Below, piece after piece: positions 28,412 to 37,802 of a stretch of 64,000 bases of DNA (its first letter is position 1; every line of letters begins with the position of its first letter). Origin of the DNA: Candidatus Zhuqueibacter tengchongensis. GTDB lineage: Bacteria; Zhuqueibacterota; Zhuqueibacteria; Zhuqueibacterales; Zhuqueibacteraceae. The position numbers and the translations under genes are program-made. The stretch covers positions 2,003 to 66,002 of the forward strand of contig JAPDQB010000038.1 of NCBI GenBank assembly GCA_034506175.1, read 5' to 3'. The notes under the pieces are model-generated. The model saw only the letters and a list, made by a program, of their open reading frames with translations, ran no database searches and was not told the DNA's origin.

Positions 28412-30427
28412 TTATTTCAGCAAAACCGCCTTGCGGGTCTCTGAAAATTTGCCCGCGGTGAGTTGGTAGAAATAGATTCCCCCCGCCACATCGCGCGGCG
28501 CGAAGGTCACGTGGTGATGGCCTGCCTTCATCTCGCCGTCGATCAACCTCGCCACTTCTCTGCCATTCACAGCAAAAACCTTCAGCGTCACGGGGCTGTT
28601 CGCTGGTAACTGAAAACGGATTACTGTTGACGGATTAAATGGATTCGGATAGTTTTGGTAAAGGTGAAACTCGCGGGGAGTCCCCGCAGTGAAAGTGGGT
28701 TCGGTAACTTTGGTGCCGGTCATAAAATTGAATTGGCCGCCATTTGGTACGACATGAATCATACCGTTCAGGAGTGCCGCCGACTGCCGCGGGCCAACGC
28801 TGCCAGAGACGCGATAGGTGGAGAAATCGACTGCCTGCACCCCGCGCGCATCCACGATCAGCGCCGGTGTGGTGCCAAAAACCTGAAGCGAATGATGGGC
28901 AAAATGGAGGTGTGTTCCCGCATCCAACAAAATTCCATAAGCCGCTGGCGCTTTGGCCAGCCCCCAAAATAATCCGGCGGTGCGATTCTCATCATAATCG
29001 GCGTTTTCATAAACGCGCGGCATCACGACAAAGCCGGCGAGAAAATTCAAACCCTGATGCAGCGTCAGGCGACCGCGATAAGCCGCGGTGGTGGAACTTT
29101 CGGTTTGTCCCACTCCTGCCATCCCTGCCAATTTGGTGTCATTCCCCAAAAATAACATTTTGGCACCGGCATTGACGCGCGCGCCAACGGTGCTGCCGAC
29201 CAAAGTCGCCGCGTCAAAAAAAGTCGCGGCGCTATCCAAACTATTTCCGACAAAAACGAAGCCCTTGCAGGAGCGCACTTGATTGGCAAGCGCCGCATCA
29301 TTTTTCGTGGTCTCGCTGATCCACAACAACTGCTGGGGCTGCTGGCGTTGCGTGAGCTGTGCCGATACATTGTGCGCGAGCGTTGCGGCATCCGGAGAGC
29401 AAAAAATTCCTACTGTATCGGAGGAACTCGCGAGCGTTGTCAGAAATCTCGCCAGACTTCCCGAGGGGGCAAACCAATCGGCGCTGTTGTTGCTGCCATC
29501 GAGAGAGATGGCGCCGGCAAGGGCGGCGACGGCCGGCGGCGAAAATGTAGTGGCCGTGGACGGGGTGTATAACATTTGCCCGGTGGGAAGATATATGCGA
29601 AAGCCTTTGGTCATTTGGATGATTTGCACGTCGGAAAGTCTCAGGGGTTGTCCCGGCTGCACGGTGAAATGCGTCTGTGGCGCCGGTCGCAGTACGGTGA
29701 CCACGCCGGAGCCGAAGACCTCGGCGCTGCCATCCGCCGATACGCCGAGGGCCGTGGCGTCGTCGATGCCCACGCCGGTGATCCACTTGCCGGTTTGCTG
29801 GCGATAAACCGCCATCATCGCCAGCAGACGGCCGATTCTGCCGCGCTCGTAAAAATGCGTGTCCGCCAAAATTCCCGGCACGAAGCCGATGAAATCTTCG
29901 GTAAAGGTAATGCCGGCGTTGAGGGGATTGCGCAAGGCGGAGCGGGGATTGACGGAGGTGAGGCGTGCATCGAAAGCGACCGCGCTCAGGACCGCGGCAC
30001 CGGCGCTGGTGCCGCCAATGGCACCGCCGCGTTGATGCACTTGACGAAGCGCTTGTTCGGTCAGCGTGCCTTTCCACAATTCGACATAGCGCCATTGATC
30101 GCCGCCGCGGAGGAAGAGGCCATCGGCCTGCAAGATGGCGCGATAGGTCGCAGAATCATCCGCCAATGTGCGGCTGCTGATCACCAAATTCGTCGCGGTG
30201 GTGGCGCCGAGCCAGAGCAAATAATTCGGCAGGAAACTGGAGGCGTCGGCATAATGCAAAATCAGAATCCGTTTGTTGGCCGCATGCTGCACCAGCCAAC
30301 GATACGGCTCGTCCGACCAACTGTGGTAATTCTCGGAGCCGCCGCCGACGAGCAAGACCGCGCCTTGGCCGAAGGCGAGAGTGGCGAGTAGTCCGAGAAA
30401 CAGGGCCGTGAGTTTTACGCACCGCAT
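28412..30427 (-). CDS. Secreted two-domain peptidase S51 (cyanophycinase-like) protein with T9SS C-terminal sorting domain
   Basis: 671 aa with a signal peptide. The N-terminal S51 domain has an intact GGTSAGA nucleophile motif and ADTHFYERGRIGRL. The second S51-like domain has GNDTKLAG and MPRVYEN at the same positions. The C-terminus reads NYPNPFNPSTVIRFQLPANSPVTLKVFAVNGREV...GIYFYQL. Confidence 0.8.
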   Translation of the reverse strand: MRCVKLTALFLGLLATLAFGQGAVLLVGGGSENYHSWSDEPYRWLVQHAANKRILILHYADASSFLPNYLLWLGATTATNLVISSRTLADDSATYRAILQADGLFLRGGDQWRYVELWKGTLTEQALRQVHQRGGAIGGTSAGAAVLSAVAFDARLTSVNPRSALRNPLNAGITFTEDFIGFVPGILADTHFYERGRIGRLLAMMAVYRQQTGKWITGVGIDDATALGVSADGSAEVFGSGVVTVLRPAPQTHFTVQPGQPLRLSDVQIIQMTKGFRIYLPTGQMLYTPSTATTFSPPAVAALAGAISLDGSNNSADWFAPSGSLARFLTTLASSSDTVGIFCSPDAATLAHNVSAQLTQRQQPQQLLWISETTKNDAALANQVRSCKGFVFVGNSLDSAATFFDAATLVGSTVGARVNAGAKMLFLGNDTKLAGMAGVGQTESSTTAAYRGRLTLHQGLNFLAGFVVMPRVYENADYDENRTAGLFWGLAKAPAAYGILLDAGTHLHFAHHSLQVFGTTPALIVDARGVQAVDFSTYRVSGSVGPRQSAALLNGMIHVVPNGGQFNFMTGTKVTEPTFTAGTPREFHLYQNYPNPFNPSTVIRFQLPANSPVTLKVFAVNGREVARLIDGEMKAGHHHVTFAPRDVAGGIYFYQLTAGKFSETRKAVLLK

Positions 30428-30435
30428 GTGGTCTT

Positions 30436-31431
30436 CTAAAAATTAAGACCGATGGAAAACCGATTCACATTCGACAGCAAATCGTATCGCGAATAGGCGT
30501 AGTCGAACGTCAAGTGGTTTTGCGCGAACGGCAGGGCGACGCCAAAACCCAGCGTGAGGTCCTCGTCATCATAGTTGTAGCGATAGCCGCCGCGCAGAAA
30601 AATCTGATTGGACACGGCGACCTCGGTGCCGAAATTGATACGCTCGCTGTTGTCGTTCGGATGGGTGACATCCAGCCCGAGCTGCCACGCCAGCGGCCCG
30701 GATCGCATGAGCTCCATCGCCACGCCGACTTGAAAATGCAAGGGCAGGGGATAGGCTTCGGTTTCGAGCTTGGCCGGCGCGAGACGATTGCGCGGCAGAC
30801 TGGGATCGGTGTCGAATTTATATGAGAGATCGCGGCCATCGAAGCGCATGTCGCCGCCGAAGTTGGTCAGGCTCATGCCGATGGTGAGATGGCGAAAGCC
30901 GGTGCGATACTGCGTGCCCACATCGAATGCGATGCCCGAGGCGGTTTCGTTCCAAATGCGCTCCTGCACGTATTTGACCGTGATGCCGGCGCTGAAGCGG
31001 TCGGTCAGCGGCCGCGCATAAGTCAAGCCGATCATCAAGTTTTGCGCGTCAAAAGTCTGGCCGGTGCCATCGGGTTCGAGCTCGGTGGTCACTTCCATTT
31101 CGTCCATCGCCAGCACGCTTACGGCCACGCCGAGGGTACCGGCGGAACCCATGCGCAGCGCATAAGCTGCCGAATTCAAGGTCACGGTATTCCACCACGG
31201 CGTATGCGAGAAGTGTACGGATTGATTTTCGATATTGGCGATGCCGGCCGGGTTCCAAAACAACGCGAGGGCGTCGTTGGCCATCGCCACATAGGCGCCG
31301 CCCAGCGCCGCCGGTTTTGCACCGACACCGATCTGTAAAAACTGCGCACCCGCGGTGCCGAGGTTGGGATTTTGCGCCCAGACGGCGGCCGCAATGAAAA
31401 ACATCGCCATAAAGAAAAATTTTATTTTCAT
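30436..31431 (-). CDS. porV: PorV/PorQ-family T9SS outer-membrane protein
   Basis: Signal peptide followed by the family-typical N-terminus (GTAGAQFLQIGVGAKPAALGGAYVAMANDALALFWNPAGIA). It has a beta-barrel pattern and a terminal Phe. I set the start at 31431 because GAGG lies 8 nt upstream. Confidence 0.75.
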   Translation of the reverse strand: MKIKFFFMAMFFIAAAVWAQNPNLGTAGAQFLQIGVGAKPAALGGAYVAMANDALALFWNPAGIANIENQSVHFSHTPWWNTVTLNSAAYALRMGSAGTLGVAVSVLAMDEMEVTTELEPDGTGQTFDAQNLMIGLTYARPLTDRFSAGITVKYVQERIWNETASGIAFDVGTQYRTGFRHLTIGMSLTNFGGDMRFDGRDLSYKFDTDPSLPRNRLAPAKLETEAYPLPLHFQVGVAMELMRSGPLAWQLGLDVTHPNDNSERINFGTEVAVSNQIFLRGGYRYNYDDEDLTLGFGVALPFAQNHLTFDYAYSRYDLLSNVNRFSIGLNF

Positions 31432-31478
31432 AAGCAACCTCATCTTGATTTTTTCGCTGTAAGGCCTCAGTTATTAAT

Positions 31479-31541
31479 GGAAAATGTAGCGCAGACATCC
31501 TCCGGACCCGTCTTGTCTGCAAGCAGGAGGCTTGCGCTACT
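31479..31541 (+). repeat. REPIN-like GTAG palindrome pair (partial B-type head)
   Basis: GAAAATGTAGCGCAGACATCC...TGTCTGCAAGCAGGAGGCTTGCGCTAC, with the same head as the B elements. A GTCGCCTTCAGGCGAC hairpin follows at about 31600. Confidence 0.7.
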
Positions 31542-31642
31542 CCACGCGTAACTGAGACATTATTTTTTTCGCTGAACCGTATTGTCTATCAAAGAGGGTG
31601 GAGTCGCCTTCAGGCGACTTCCAAATCTGATGAATCATCATC

Positions 31643-34156
31643 TTATTTGATCACTGCAAAGCGATCCAGCTTTTGCGCGTTGTCGGTTCGCACCAAATAG
31701 AAATAAACGCCGGAGCTGATCTCACGACCGGCAGAGGTTCGCAAGTCCCAAGTGGCTGCGCCGGTGCCGTCGTCATGTTTGAGCGTTTGAATCAAATCAC
31801 CATCCAGCGTGAAAATGTCGATGGTGCAGGTCGGCGGCAGATGAATGAACTTGAGCTGCCGGATCGGCTCGCGCCGCAGTTGGCCGAACTCTTCCTCGAA
31901 GCGCGAGGCCACGACATACGGATTGGGCACGACGCGGACGCGATGCAGCTCGTTTTTCACGGCTTCTGCACTCACCGTGGCCGTCGTCGTGGTGAATTCA
32001 AACCGGTCTTTGTAAGTGATCGGCTGCGGATTGGCGGCCGGCGGCACAATGGAAAAGATCAAGCCATTCGTCGTCGCGTACGGTTTGGCAAATTCCAAAC
32101 GCCGCAGTCGCATCACCAGCTCGCTGCCGGCAAATACTTGCACGCCGCGACCAATCCAAATCACATCGCCGGCTTCGGGAAAGAAATCGAGCGGCACGGT
32201 GGGGTCGGCATCGTTGATGGTCACGCGCAATCCCTCGAACGTAAAGGGCGTGCCGGAAACATAGGCAAGATTTTTTTGCAAGACCTCGCCGGTGGCCGCG
32301 TCCAAGAGCACCAGCAAATCCTTCGCGGCGAATTTGAGCAAATAACTCTTTGTCGTCGTGGCGTTGAGGTCCGCAATCGTGACCTCGATCACGGAAGCAA
32401 GATTGCCGTGCGCAACGGTGGCGAGGGGAGCAAACTCAACGGTGTAGGTTTTGCCGGCGACACTGGCTTGGTCGGTGGCCGTGATCACGAAGCGATAATT
32501 CGAGTTGCCACTGCCGATCTGGCGCACCGAGGTGGTTTGCGGCGGTGTCCGGCCAATCGCCTCCTGTCGTGGCACCACCGCCACGATATTGGGCACTTCG
32601 AGATTCGAGCCGCGCGGCGACTCCAAGCTTTCAACGCTCGAATCGCCGCGATCGTACGCGGTGATGGAATACCAATATTCCAAGCCGTTGATCACCGTGG
32701 TATCCACGAAACTGTATTGCAAGCCGGTGTCTTTACCGATCCCATCGATTTTGTCGAACTCGACCAACGGCACCGGATCGGGCCCGGCGGTAGGCACCGC
32801 GTTGCGGTCGATTTGGTCCCAGGTTGCACCCTTGTCGAGACTGCGATAAATCCGATAGCCCTCAAAGTCGAATTGATTGGAAAATTTGTCACGCGAGCGC
32901 TCGGCGTTGTCGTCCCAATACAACGTCACGCGGCGGTCGCCGGGAACCGCGCTCAATTTCGGTGGATCCGGCGGGCGCGCCACGGCAAAGTCGAGGTCGA
33001 CAATGGTGTGAGCAATTTTGGTGTTGGCCAGAAGCTGGTTGTGATCGGCTCCCGCCACGATCGCGGTGATGAAGGTGAGCGTGTCGCCGATGTTGAGCGA
33101 ATACGGGCCGGAGCTGGCGATGGCATCGGTGTCGTTGCCGCCGGGGTCTTGCGTGGTGAGATCATCGAAATGGAGATTCGGCGCATTGGCCCCGGGATGG
33201 AAGAATTTCGCTCCGACCGCTGAATTGAACAAGCTCCTGGCGCTGGACATGATGCCATATTGCACGGTATCGACATCGAGCACGTTGAAGTCGTCGTAGA
33301 GAAACCAGTGCAAATCCGTGATGCCCAATTCCTTGCCGTTCACCTTTGGCGTGCGCAAGAAGACGACACCCATTTCGCCGGGAATATTGCCCGGCCATTC
33401 GCTGGTGTAATTATCAGCGTCATAATCATACATGAGCTGCAGCTCTTGGTCAAAGCCGATTTTTTCATCCGCCCACTCCGGATCACCGCCGGGAACATTG
33501 CCGGCATCGATGTCCATGTACATCGCGAAATAGAGACTGTCCAGACGTTTCGTCCCTTTGTTGATGATGTCGAATTTGAAAAAGATCATATCGCTGGCGA
33601 ATTTCACGCCATAGGCGTAGCCGGTCTGGTGCACCTCGAGGCCGAGAATGGCGCGCGTGTTGTTGGAATCGCTGTACACGCAATAGCTGTCCTGATCGGA
33701 GCGAAAGATCGGATTGCCGTCTTGATCCTTCACCGGCCAACCGCTTGCCGGCCAGGTTTGCGGTCGATCGGAAAAGGCGATTTGCGCCAGAGCCGGGTTG
33801 TGATAACCGCCGACGGCTTCCCATTCTTCATTGGTGGTAAAACGGCCTTGCACGACATTTCCCGGCACGCCAACGAAGGGATTGATGCGGTAAATGTAAT
33901 GCCGGCCGCTGCCGATGGGATATTCACCGGAGGGACCTTGGCTGAGGCGGCGCGGATAAAGTTTGCCGCGGTTCTCGAAAAACAGGCCGATGTTGCTCTT
34001 GTTGTGCGTGCCGCCGGCGCGATCTTTGACGCCGAGAATTCCGGCGGGCGCGGCAAGTGATTGCTCTTTCACTTCCTTCGCGATCTCTTTGGCATCATAT
34101 TGAGCAAAGAGCGCAAGCGGAACAGTGCTGCAAAGAATGAAAATGATTTTTCTCAT
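31643..34156 (-). CDS. Large secreted protein (837 aa) with FN3-like region and T9SS/FlgD-Ig-like C-terminal domain
   Basis: Signal peptide MRKIIFILCSTVPLALFAQ. The central segment resembles FN3 (PPKLSAVPGDRRVTLYWDDN...FEGYRIYRS...YWYSITAYD). The C-terminus reads VVPNPY...IDIFTLDGDLIQTL...GVYFYLV. I trimmed the track ORF (to 34336) because it overlapped the upstream receptor gene. Confidence 0.75.
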   Translation of the reverse strand: MRKIIFILCSTVPLALFAQYDAKEIAKEVKEQSLAAPAGILGVKDRAGGTHNKSNIGLFFENRGKLYPRRLSQGPSGEYPIGSGRHYIYRINPFVGVPGNVVQGRFTTNEEWEAVGGYHNPALAQIAFSDRPQTWPASGWPVKDQDGNPIFRSDQDSYCVYSDSNNTRAILGLEVHQTGYAYGVKFASDMIFFKFDIINKGTKRLDSLYFAMYMDIDAGNVPGGDPEWADEKIGFDQELQLMYDYDADNYTSEWPGNIPGEMGVVFLRTPKVNGKELGITDLHWFLYDDFNVLDVDTVQYGIMSSARSLFNSAVGAKFFHPGANAPNLHFDDLTTQDPGGNDTDAIASSGPYSLNIGDTLTFITAIVAGADHNQLLANTKIAHTIVDLDFAVARPPDPPKLSAVPGDRRVTLYWDDNAERSRDKFSNQFDFEGYRIYRSLDKGATWDQIDRNAVPTAGPDPVPLVEFDKIDGIGKDTGLQYSFVDTTVINGLEYWYSITAYDRGDSSVESLESPRGSNLEVPNIVAVVPRQEAIGRTPPQTTSVRQIGSGNSNYRFVITATDQASVAGKTYTVEFAPLATVAHGNLASVIEVTIADLNATTTKSYLLKFAAKDLLVLLDAATGEVLQKNLAYVSGTPFTFEGLRVTINDADPTVPLDFFPEAGDVIWIGRGVQVFAGSELVMRLRRLEFAKPYATTNGLIFSIVPPAANPQPITYKDRFEFTTTTATVSAEAVKNELHRVRVVPNPYVVASRFEEEFGQLRREPIRQLKFIHLPPTCTIDIFTLDGDLIQTLKHDDGTGAATWDLRTSAGREISSGVYFYLVRTDNAQKLDRFAVIK

Positions 34157-34198
34157 AGGGCATCGCGAGGCTAGAAGTGTTACGTCATGACATTTTGT

Positions 34199-34255
34199 TG
34201 TAGTGCCTTTAAGCACTTGAAGTGCCGAACTTGCTGACCCTGAAGGGTCCACTAC
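34199..34255 (-). repeat. GTAG-headed double hairpin (family E), copy 2
   Basis: The minus strand reads GTAGTGGACCCTTCAGGGTC ... AGTGCTTAAAGGCACT. This is the same two-hairpin layout as 48233-48295. Confidence 0.65.
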
Positions 34256-34266
34256 CAAAGCTACTT

Positions 34267-36744
34267 TTACCTTCTCAACCTGAGTCCCAGCCGCACGCGA
34301 CGCGGCGGGCCAAAGTTGGACGGGTCTCGGATCCACTCCGGCGAGTTATTTCCCAGTAGCGTCACATCCGGCAGGCCGGTATCCGAGTAGACATAAAGCA
34401 CATTCTTGAAGTCGGTCAGATTGAGTGCTTCGACGAAAGTCGTCAGCTCGAGGCCGGCCACGCGCCAATCCTTGCCGATCTCGGCATCGAGCGTGAAGGT
34501 CCACGGCATGCGCGCCGAGTTGCGAATCACGAAACCGACGTCGCGGCCGCCGGGCGTGTAGGGATAACCGCTGCTGGCGCGCATCACCACATTCCCGTAT
34601 GTGTTCGCCAACGGCTTGACGCCTAAAATCTCCGGCCCTTCGTCTTTACCAAAAGTCAGACTGGCGCTGGTGTTGATGATGTGCCGTTTGTCGAAATCGA
34701 GATAATATAACAGCGTCGATTCTTGCGTGCCGGGATATTGTTCGGCCTCGGAAGAAGAGCTGCCTTTGGCGATGGAATAGGTGTAGGTCAAGCCGCCGGC
34801 CAAATTCTTGGTGCGGCGCAAGGTGAGATCGATTTCAAAACCCTTGATGTTGGCATAGTCTTCATTGATGTACAGCGTGTAGCCGACATAGCGGCCGCCG
34901 ACAAAGGGATAATAATAGCGCGTGCCGATGAGATCAGTGACATCCTTGTAGTACGCGGTGAAACTCGCCGCAAGATTGTCGGTGAATTGATGTGCCAGAC
35001 CGACTTCGTAGGCCACGGTGCGCTGGGCGTCGAGACTGGGTTGGCCAAAGAGCGGCTCGCGCACGTTCAAATCGTACTGGCTGTTTTCGTAGAGAAATTC
35101 ATATTGCGGGTTCTGGAAGAAATGCCCGTAAGAAAAATGCAGGTTGGTGCGCTCGGTGATGGGATGGGCAATGCCGAGGCGCGGGCTGAGCTGCATTTTC
35201 TTTTTCGATGAAACGATGGAAGTCGGCCGCAGCGGATCGTCACGGAACGGCGCGCGCTGGTCGGCATAATCGAAACGCAGGCCGACATTCAAAATTAGCG
35301 AGGGGAATTCCATTTTGTCCTGAATATACGCCGCCCCTTCGATCGGATTACGATGATAATCATTGTAGTACGGGAAATTGCGTTTCGGATCATAAACGCT
35401 GTTGAGTTTCAAATCGTGCCGCTTGAAATCGAAGCCGGTCTTCAATTCGTGGTGGGTGTGGAATTGCCAAACCAGATCGCCCTTGGCGTTGAAGGTCGCG
35501 GTGCGGTTGTCGATGTATTCCACCGGATGGGCTTTGCTGTAAAACTCGAATCCATTGCCGGCGTCGGATTTATAGACGCGCGCCGAGGTCGGAAGATATT
35601 GGGAGGGCGGCAGAAAATTTTCATTTTCATCCAAGATGCCCAACCGATAACGCTGTTGAAAATAGGAAAACCTGACGTCGTAAAACGCCGCCGGAGACAG
35701 CACATGCTTCAGCGTCAATGTCCCTTGATGGCTGTTGGTGCGGGATTGATAATACTGCTCGGGAATGTATTTCCAGGCATGGCTGTAATTCTGACGTTCA
35801 CCGTGGGTGTAACGATAACTGTAGGTGGTTTTGACAGCGGCGGAAATCTTCTGCGAGAGTTTGCCGAGAGTGGAAAGCTGGCGGTCGTAACCGAACGGCA
35901 ACCAACTGCCGCGATTGTCCTGCTCGCCGGTCAACAGGAAGTTGAGATTCCGCACCAGCGGGCCGCTGAGCGAGCCGTTGACGCGATTCTCATCATACCG
36001 CGAGTAGGGTTTGGCAAAATCGCTGCTGCGCCCCTCGGCTTTGAAGTGAAAGTCCTCCGTTCCCTCGCGCGTGACAATGTTCACCACACCGCTCAAGGCG
36101 TCGCCGTATTCGGCGCTGAAGGTGCCGGAGAGAAATTCCATTTGCTCGATGGCGTCGTTGTGCACCCGCGTGCCCAAGCCGCCGAACAACGGATCTTCGA
36201 CATAGATGCCGTCGATGAGATAGGCCACCTCATTACCCCGGCCGCCGCGAACATGCAACGTGCTGCCTTCGCCAACGACGCCGGCCCGCAAGCGCAACAC
36301 GTCGACAAAATCGCGCACCGGCAATAATTGAATTTCTTCACGACTGACTACGGCCACCGTACCCGTCGCATCTTTGCGGACGAGGGGGCGCTCCGCCACG
36401 ACGGTCACTTCACCGGTCTCCAACGCCATCTCCGTCAGCTCGATATTCAAGGTGGTGGTTTGGTCGACGAAGACTTTGACATTCGCCAATGCGACCGGGG
36501 CAAAACCGATATAGCTCACTTTGACCGTATAGGTGCCGGGCGGGATGTTCAAAATGACGAAGGCGCCTTTGCTGTCGCTCGCCGCGCCCATCGTGGTGCC
36601 CTCCAGCAAGATATTGGCTCCGGGCAGCGCGGTTTTGGAATTTTTGTCCATGACCTTGCCGGCAATTTTGCCGGTTGTTCCTGCCAGCGCGAGAGCCGCG
36701 CTCAACAGCAAGATGGTCATGAGAGCCAGCAACTTGGTTCGCAT
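34267..36744 (-). CDS. TonB-dependent receptor with CarboxypepD_reg-like N-terminal domain
   Basis: 825 aa: signal peptide, GKIAGKVMDKNSKTALPGANILLEGTTMGAASDSKGAFVILNIPPGTYTVKVSYIGF, a plug (LHVRGGRGNEVAYLIDG) and a beta-barrel. Confidence 0.9.
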   Translation of the reverse strand: MRTKLLALMTILLLSAALALAGTTGKIAGKVMDKNSKTALPGANILLEGTTMGAASDSKGAFVILNIPPGTYTVKVSYIGFAPVALANVKVFVDQTTTLNIELTEMALETGEVTVVAERPLVRKDATGTVAVVSREEIQLLPVRDFVDVLRLRAGVVGEGSTLHVRGGRGNEVAYLIDGIYVEDPLFGGLGTRVHNDAIEQMEFLSGTFSAEYGDALSGVVNIVTREGTEDFHFKAEGRSSDFAKPYSRYDENRVNGSLSGPLVRNLNFLLTGEQDNRGSWLPFGYDRQLSTLGKLSQKISAAVKTTYSYRYTHGERQNYSHAWKYIPEQYYQSRTNSHQGTLTLKHVLSPAAFYDVRFSYFQQRYRLGILDENENFLPPSQYLPTSARVYKSDAGNGFEFYSKAHPVEYIDNRTATFNAKGDLVWQFHTHHELKTGFDFKRHDLKLNSVYDPKRNFPYYNDYHRNPIEGAAYIQDKMEFPSLILNVGLRFDYADQRAPFRDDPLRPTSIVSSKKKMQLSPRLGIAHPITERTNLHFSYGHFFQNPQYEFLYENSQYDLNVREPLFGQPSLDAQRTVAYEVGLAHQFTDNLAASFTAYYKDVTDLIGTRYYYPFVGGRYVGYTLYINEDYANIKGFEIDLTLRRTKNLAGGLTYTYSIAKGSSSSEAEQYPGTQESTLLYYLDFDKRHIINTSASLTFGKDEGPEILGVKPLANTYGNVVMRASSGYPYTPGGRDVGFVIRNSARMPWTFTLDAEIGKDWRVAGLELTTFVEALNLTDFKNVLYVYSDTGLPDVTLLGNNSPEWIRDPSNFGPPRRVRLGLRLRR

Positions 36745-36800
36745 AGAGTGCCTCTCTTTGCTTTTTTCGTTAGCGCGGCTTTGGCCGCAACCAAATGCAT

Positions 36801-36840
36801 TGTAAATTTTAAATTGAAAATTTTCAATTTAAAATTTACA
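36801..36840. promoter_or_regulatory. Perfect 40-bp AT-rich palindrome (candidate operator) between rpiR-like gene and TonB-dependent receptor
   Basis: TGTAAATTTTAAATTGAAAA|TTTTCAATTTAAAATTTACA, with the two 20-nt halves exact reverse complements. It lies 57-96 nt upstream of the receptor start and 54 nt downstream of the regulator stop. Confidence 0.55.
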
Positions 36841-36893
36841 ATTATCTTCACGAATGACACTTTTAAGCAATTGGGTGAACTTTTGCCTTTCTC

Positions 36894-37802
36894 TCACCCC
36901 AAAGCCGCTTCGCGCACATACTCATCGGTTTGATGCAACACGCGCGAGGTTTCCTTGAACACTTTTTTCACCGCGTTTTTGTTTTTCAAGGCAATTTCGG
37001 TCGCCAGCGCATTGATCACCACCGAGATCGCCGAAATCGAGTTGGTGTACAACATGTTTTTGGTGCGCACCACCAGAACCTTGGCGGCATGGAAGGTGAT
37101 CGGCGCGGTGAGCTTGTCGGTGATCGCCACCACGGTTATCCCACGACGCTTCGCATACGCCGCCGCGGCGACGGTTTCCCGGGAATAGGGTGGAAACGAA
37201 AAACCGATGACGAGGTCTTTTTTTTGGGCGAGCACGAGATGGCCGGCAAATCGCATCGTGTCGCTCGACAACGCCTGCGCCTCGATCGCCACATTGAGCA
37301 GCTCATAAGCCAAAACCTGCGCCAAAAGCGAGGAGATGCCGATGCCCATGGTGTACACCCGCCGCGCCCGCAGGATCATGGAGACCACTTCCGCCAGCGT
37401 TTGCCGGTCGAGCTCATGGATGGTTTGATTGATGTTCTGCACTTCGTTTTCGGCCACCAGCGTCAACGCCTCGTCGGGGGAATGTTTTCCCCACTCGACC
37501 ATGAACCGATTGACCGGCTCCAGATGTGATTGTAAGACATCCACCACTTCGTCATGCAACGCGGTGAAGCCGTCATAACCCAGACTTTGCGCAAAGCGCA
37601 CGATGGTGGCTTTACTCACCGCGAGCGCTGCAGCCATGGAATCGGTGGTGTGAAAAGCCACCTCGTTCGGGTGTTGCAGAAAATAATTCGCCACCTTTTT
37701 TTGGTTGGCCGGGAGGCGCTGATAAAGCGACAGGATTCTTTGTTTCAGCGCCTCCTGCAAACGTACGCCCGCGACGTTTTTGTTTCGCGTCGTTGCCATC
37801 AT
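36894..37802 (-). CDS. MurR/RpiR-family transcriptional regulator (HTH + SIS domain)
   Basis: 302 aa. The N-terminal HTH_6 pattern reads LPANQKKVANYFLQHPNEVAFHTTDSMAAALAVSKATIVRFAQSLGYDGF. The C-terminal part is a SIS-like domain (RRVYTMGIGISS). Confidence 0.85.
   Translation of the reverse strand: MMATTRNKNVAGVRLQEALKQRILSLYQRLPANQKKVANYFLQHPNEVAFHTTDSMAAALAVSKATIVRFAQSLGYDGFTALHDEVVDVLQSHLEPVNRFMVEWGKHSPDEALTLVAENEVQNINQTIHELDRQTLAEVVSMILRARRVYTMGIGISSLLAQVLAYELLNVAIEAQALSSDTMRFAGHLVLAQKKDLVIGFSFPPYSRETVAAAAYAKRRGITVVAITDKLTAPITFHAAKVLVVRTKNMLYTNSISAISVVINALATEIALKNKNAVKKVFKETSRVLHQTDEYVREAALG

Noticed and set aside
34157-34336. N-terminal extensions of track ORFs: 31643-34336, 2753-3574, 37799-39067, 14228-15304, 48256-, 53530-, 60946-, 41765-42961
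   Set aside because: The extensions overlap upstream genes, repeat hairpins or a promoter. Internal ATGs are preceded by Shine-Dalgarno-like sequences and followed by signal peptides or the conserved N-termini of the families.
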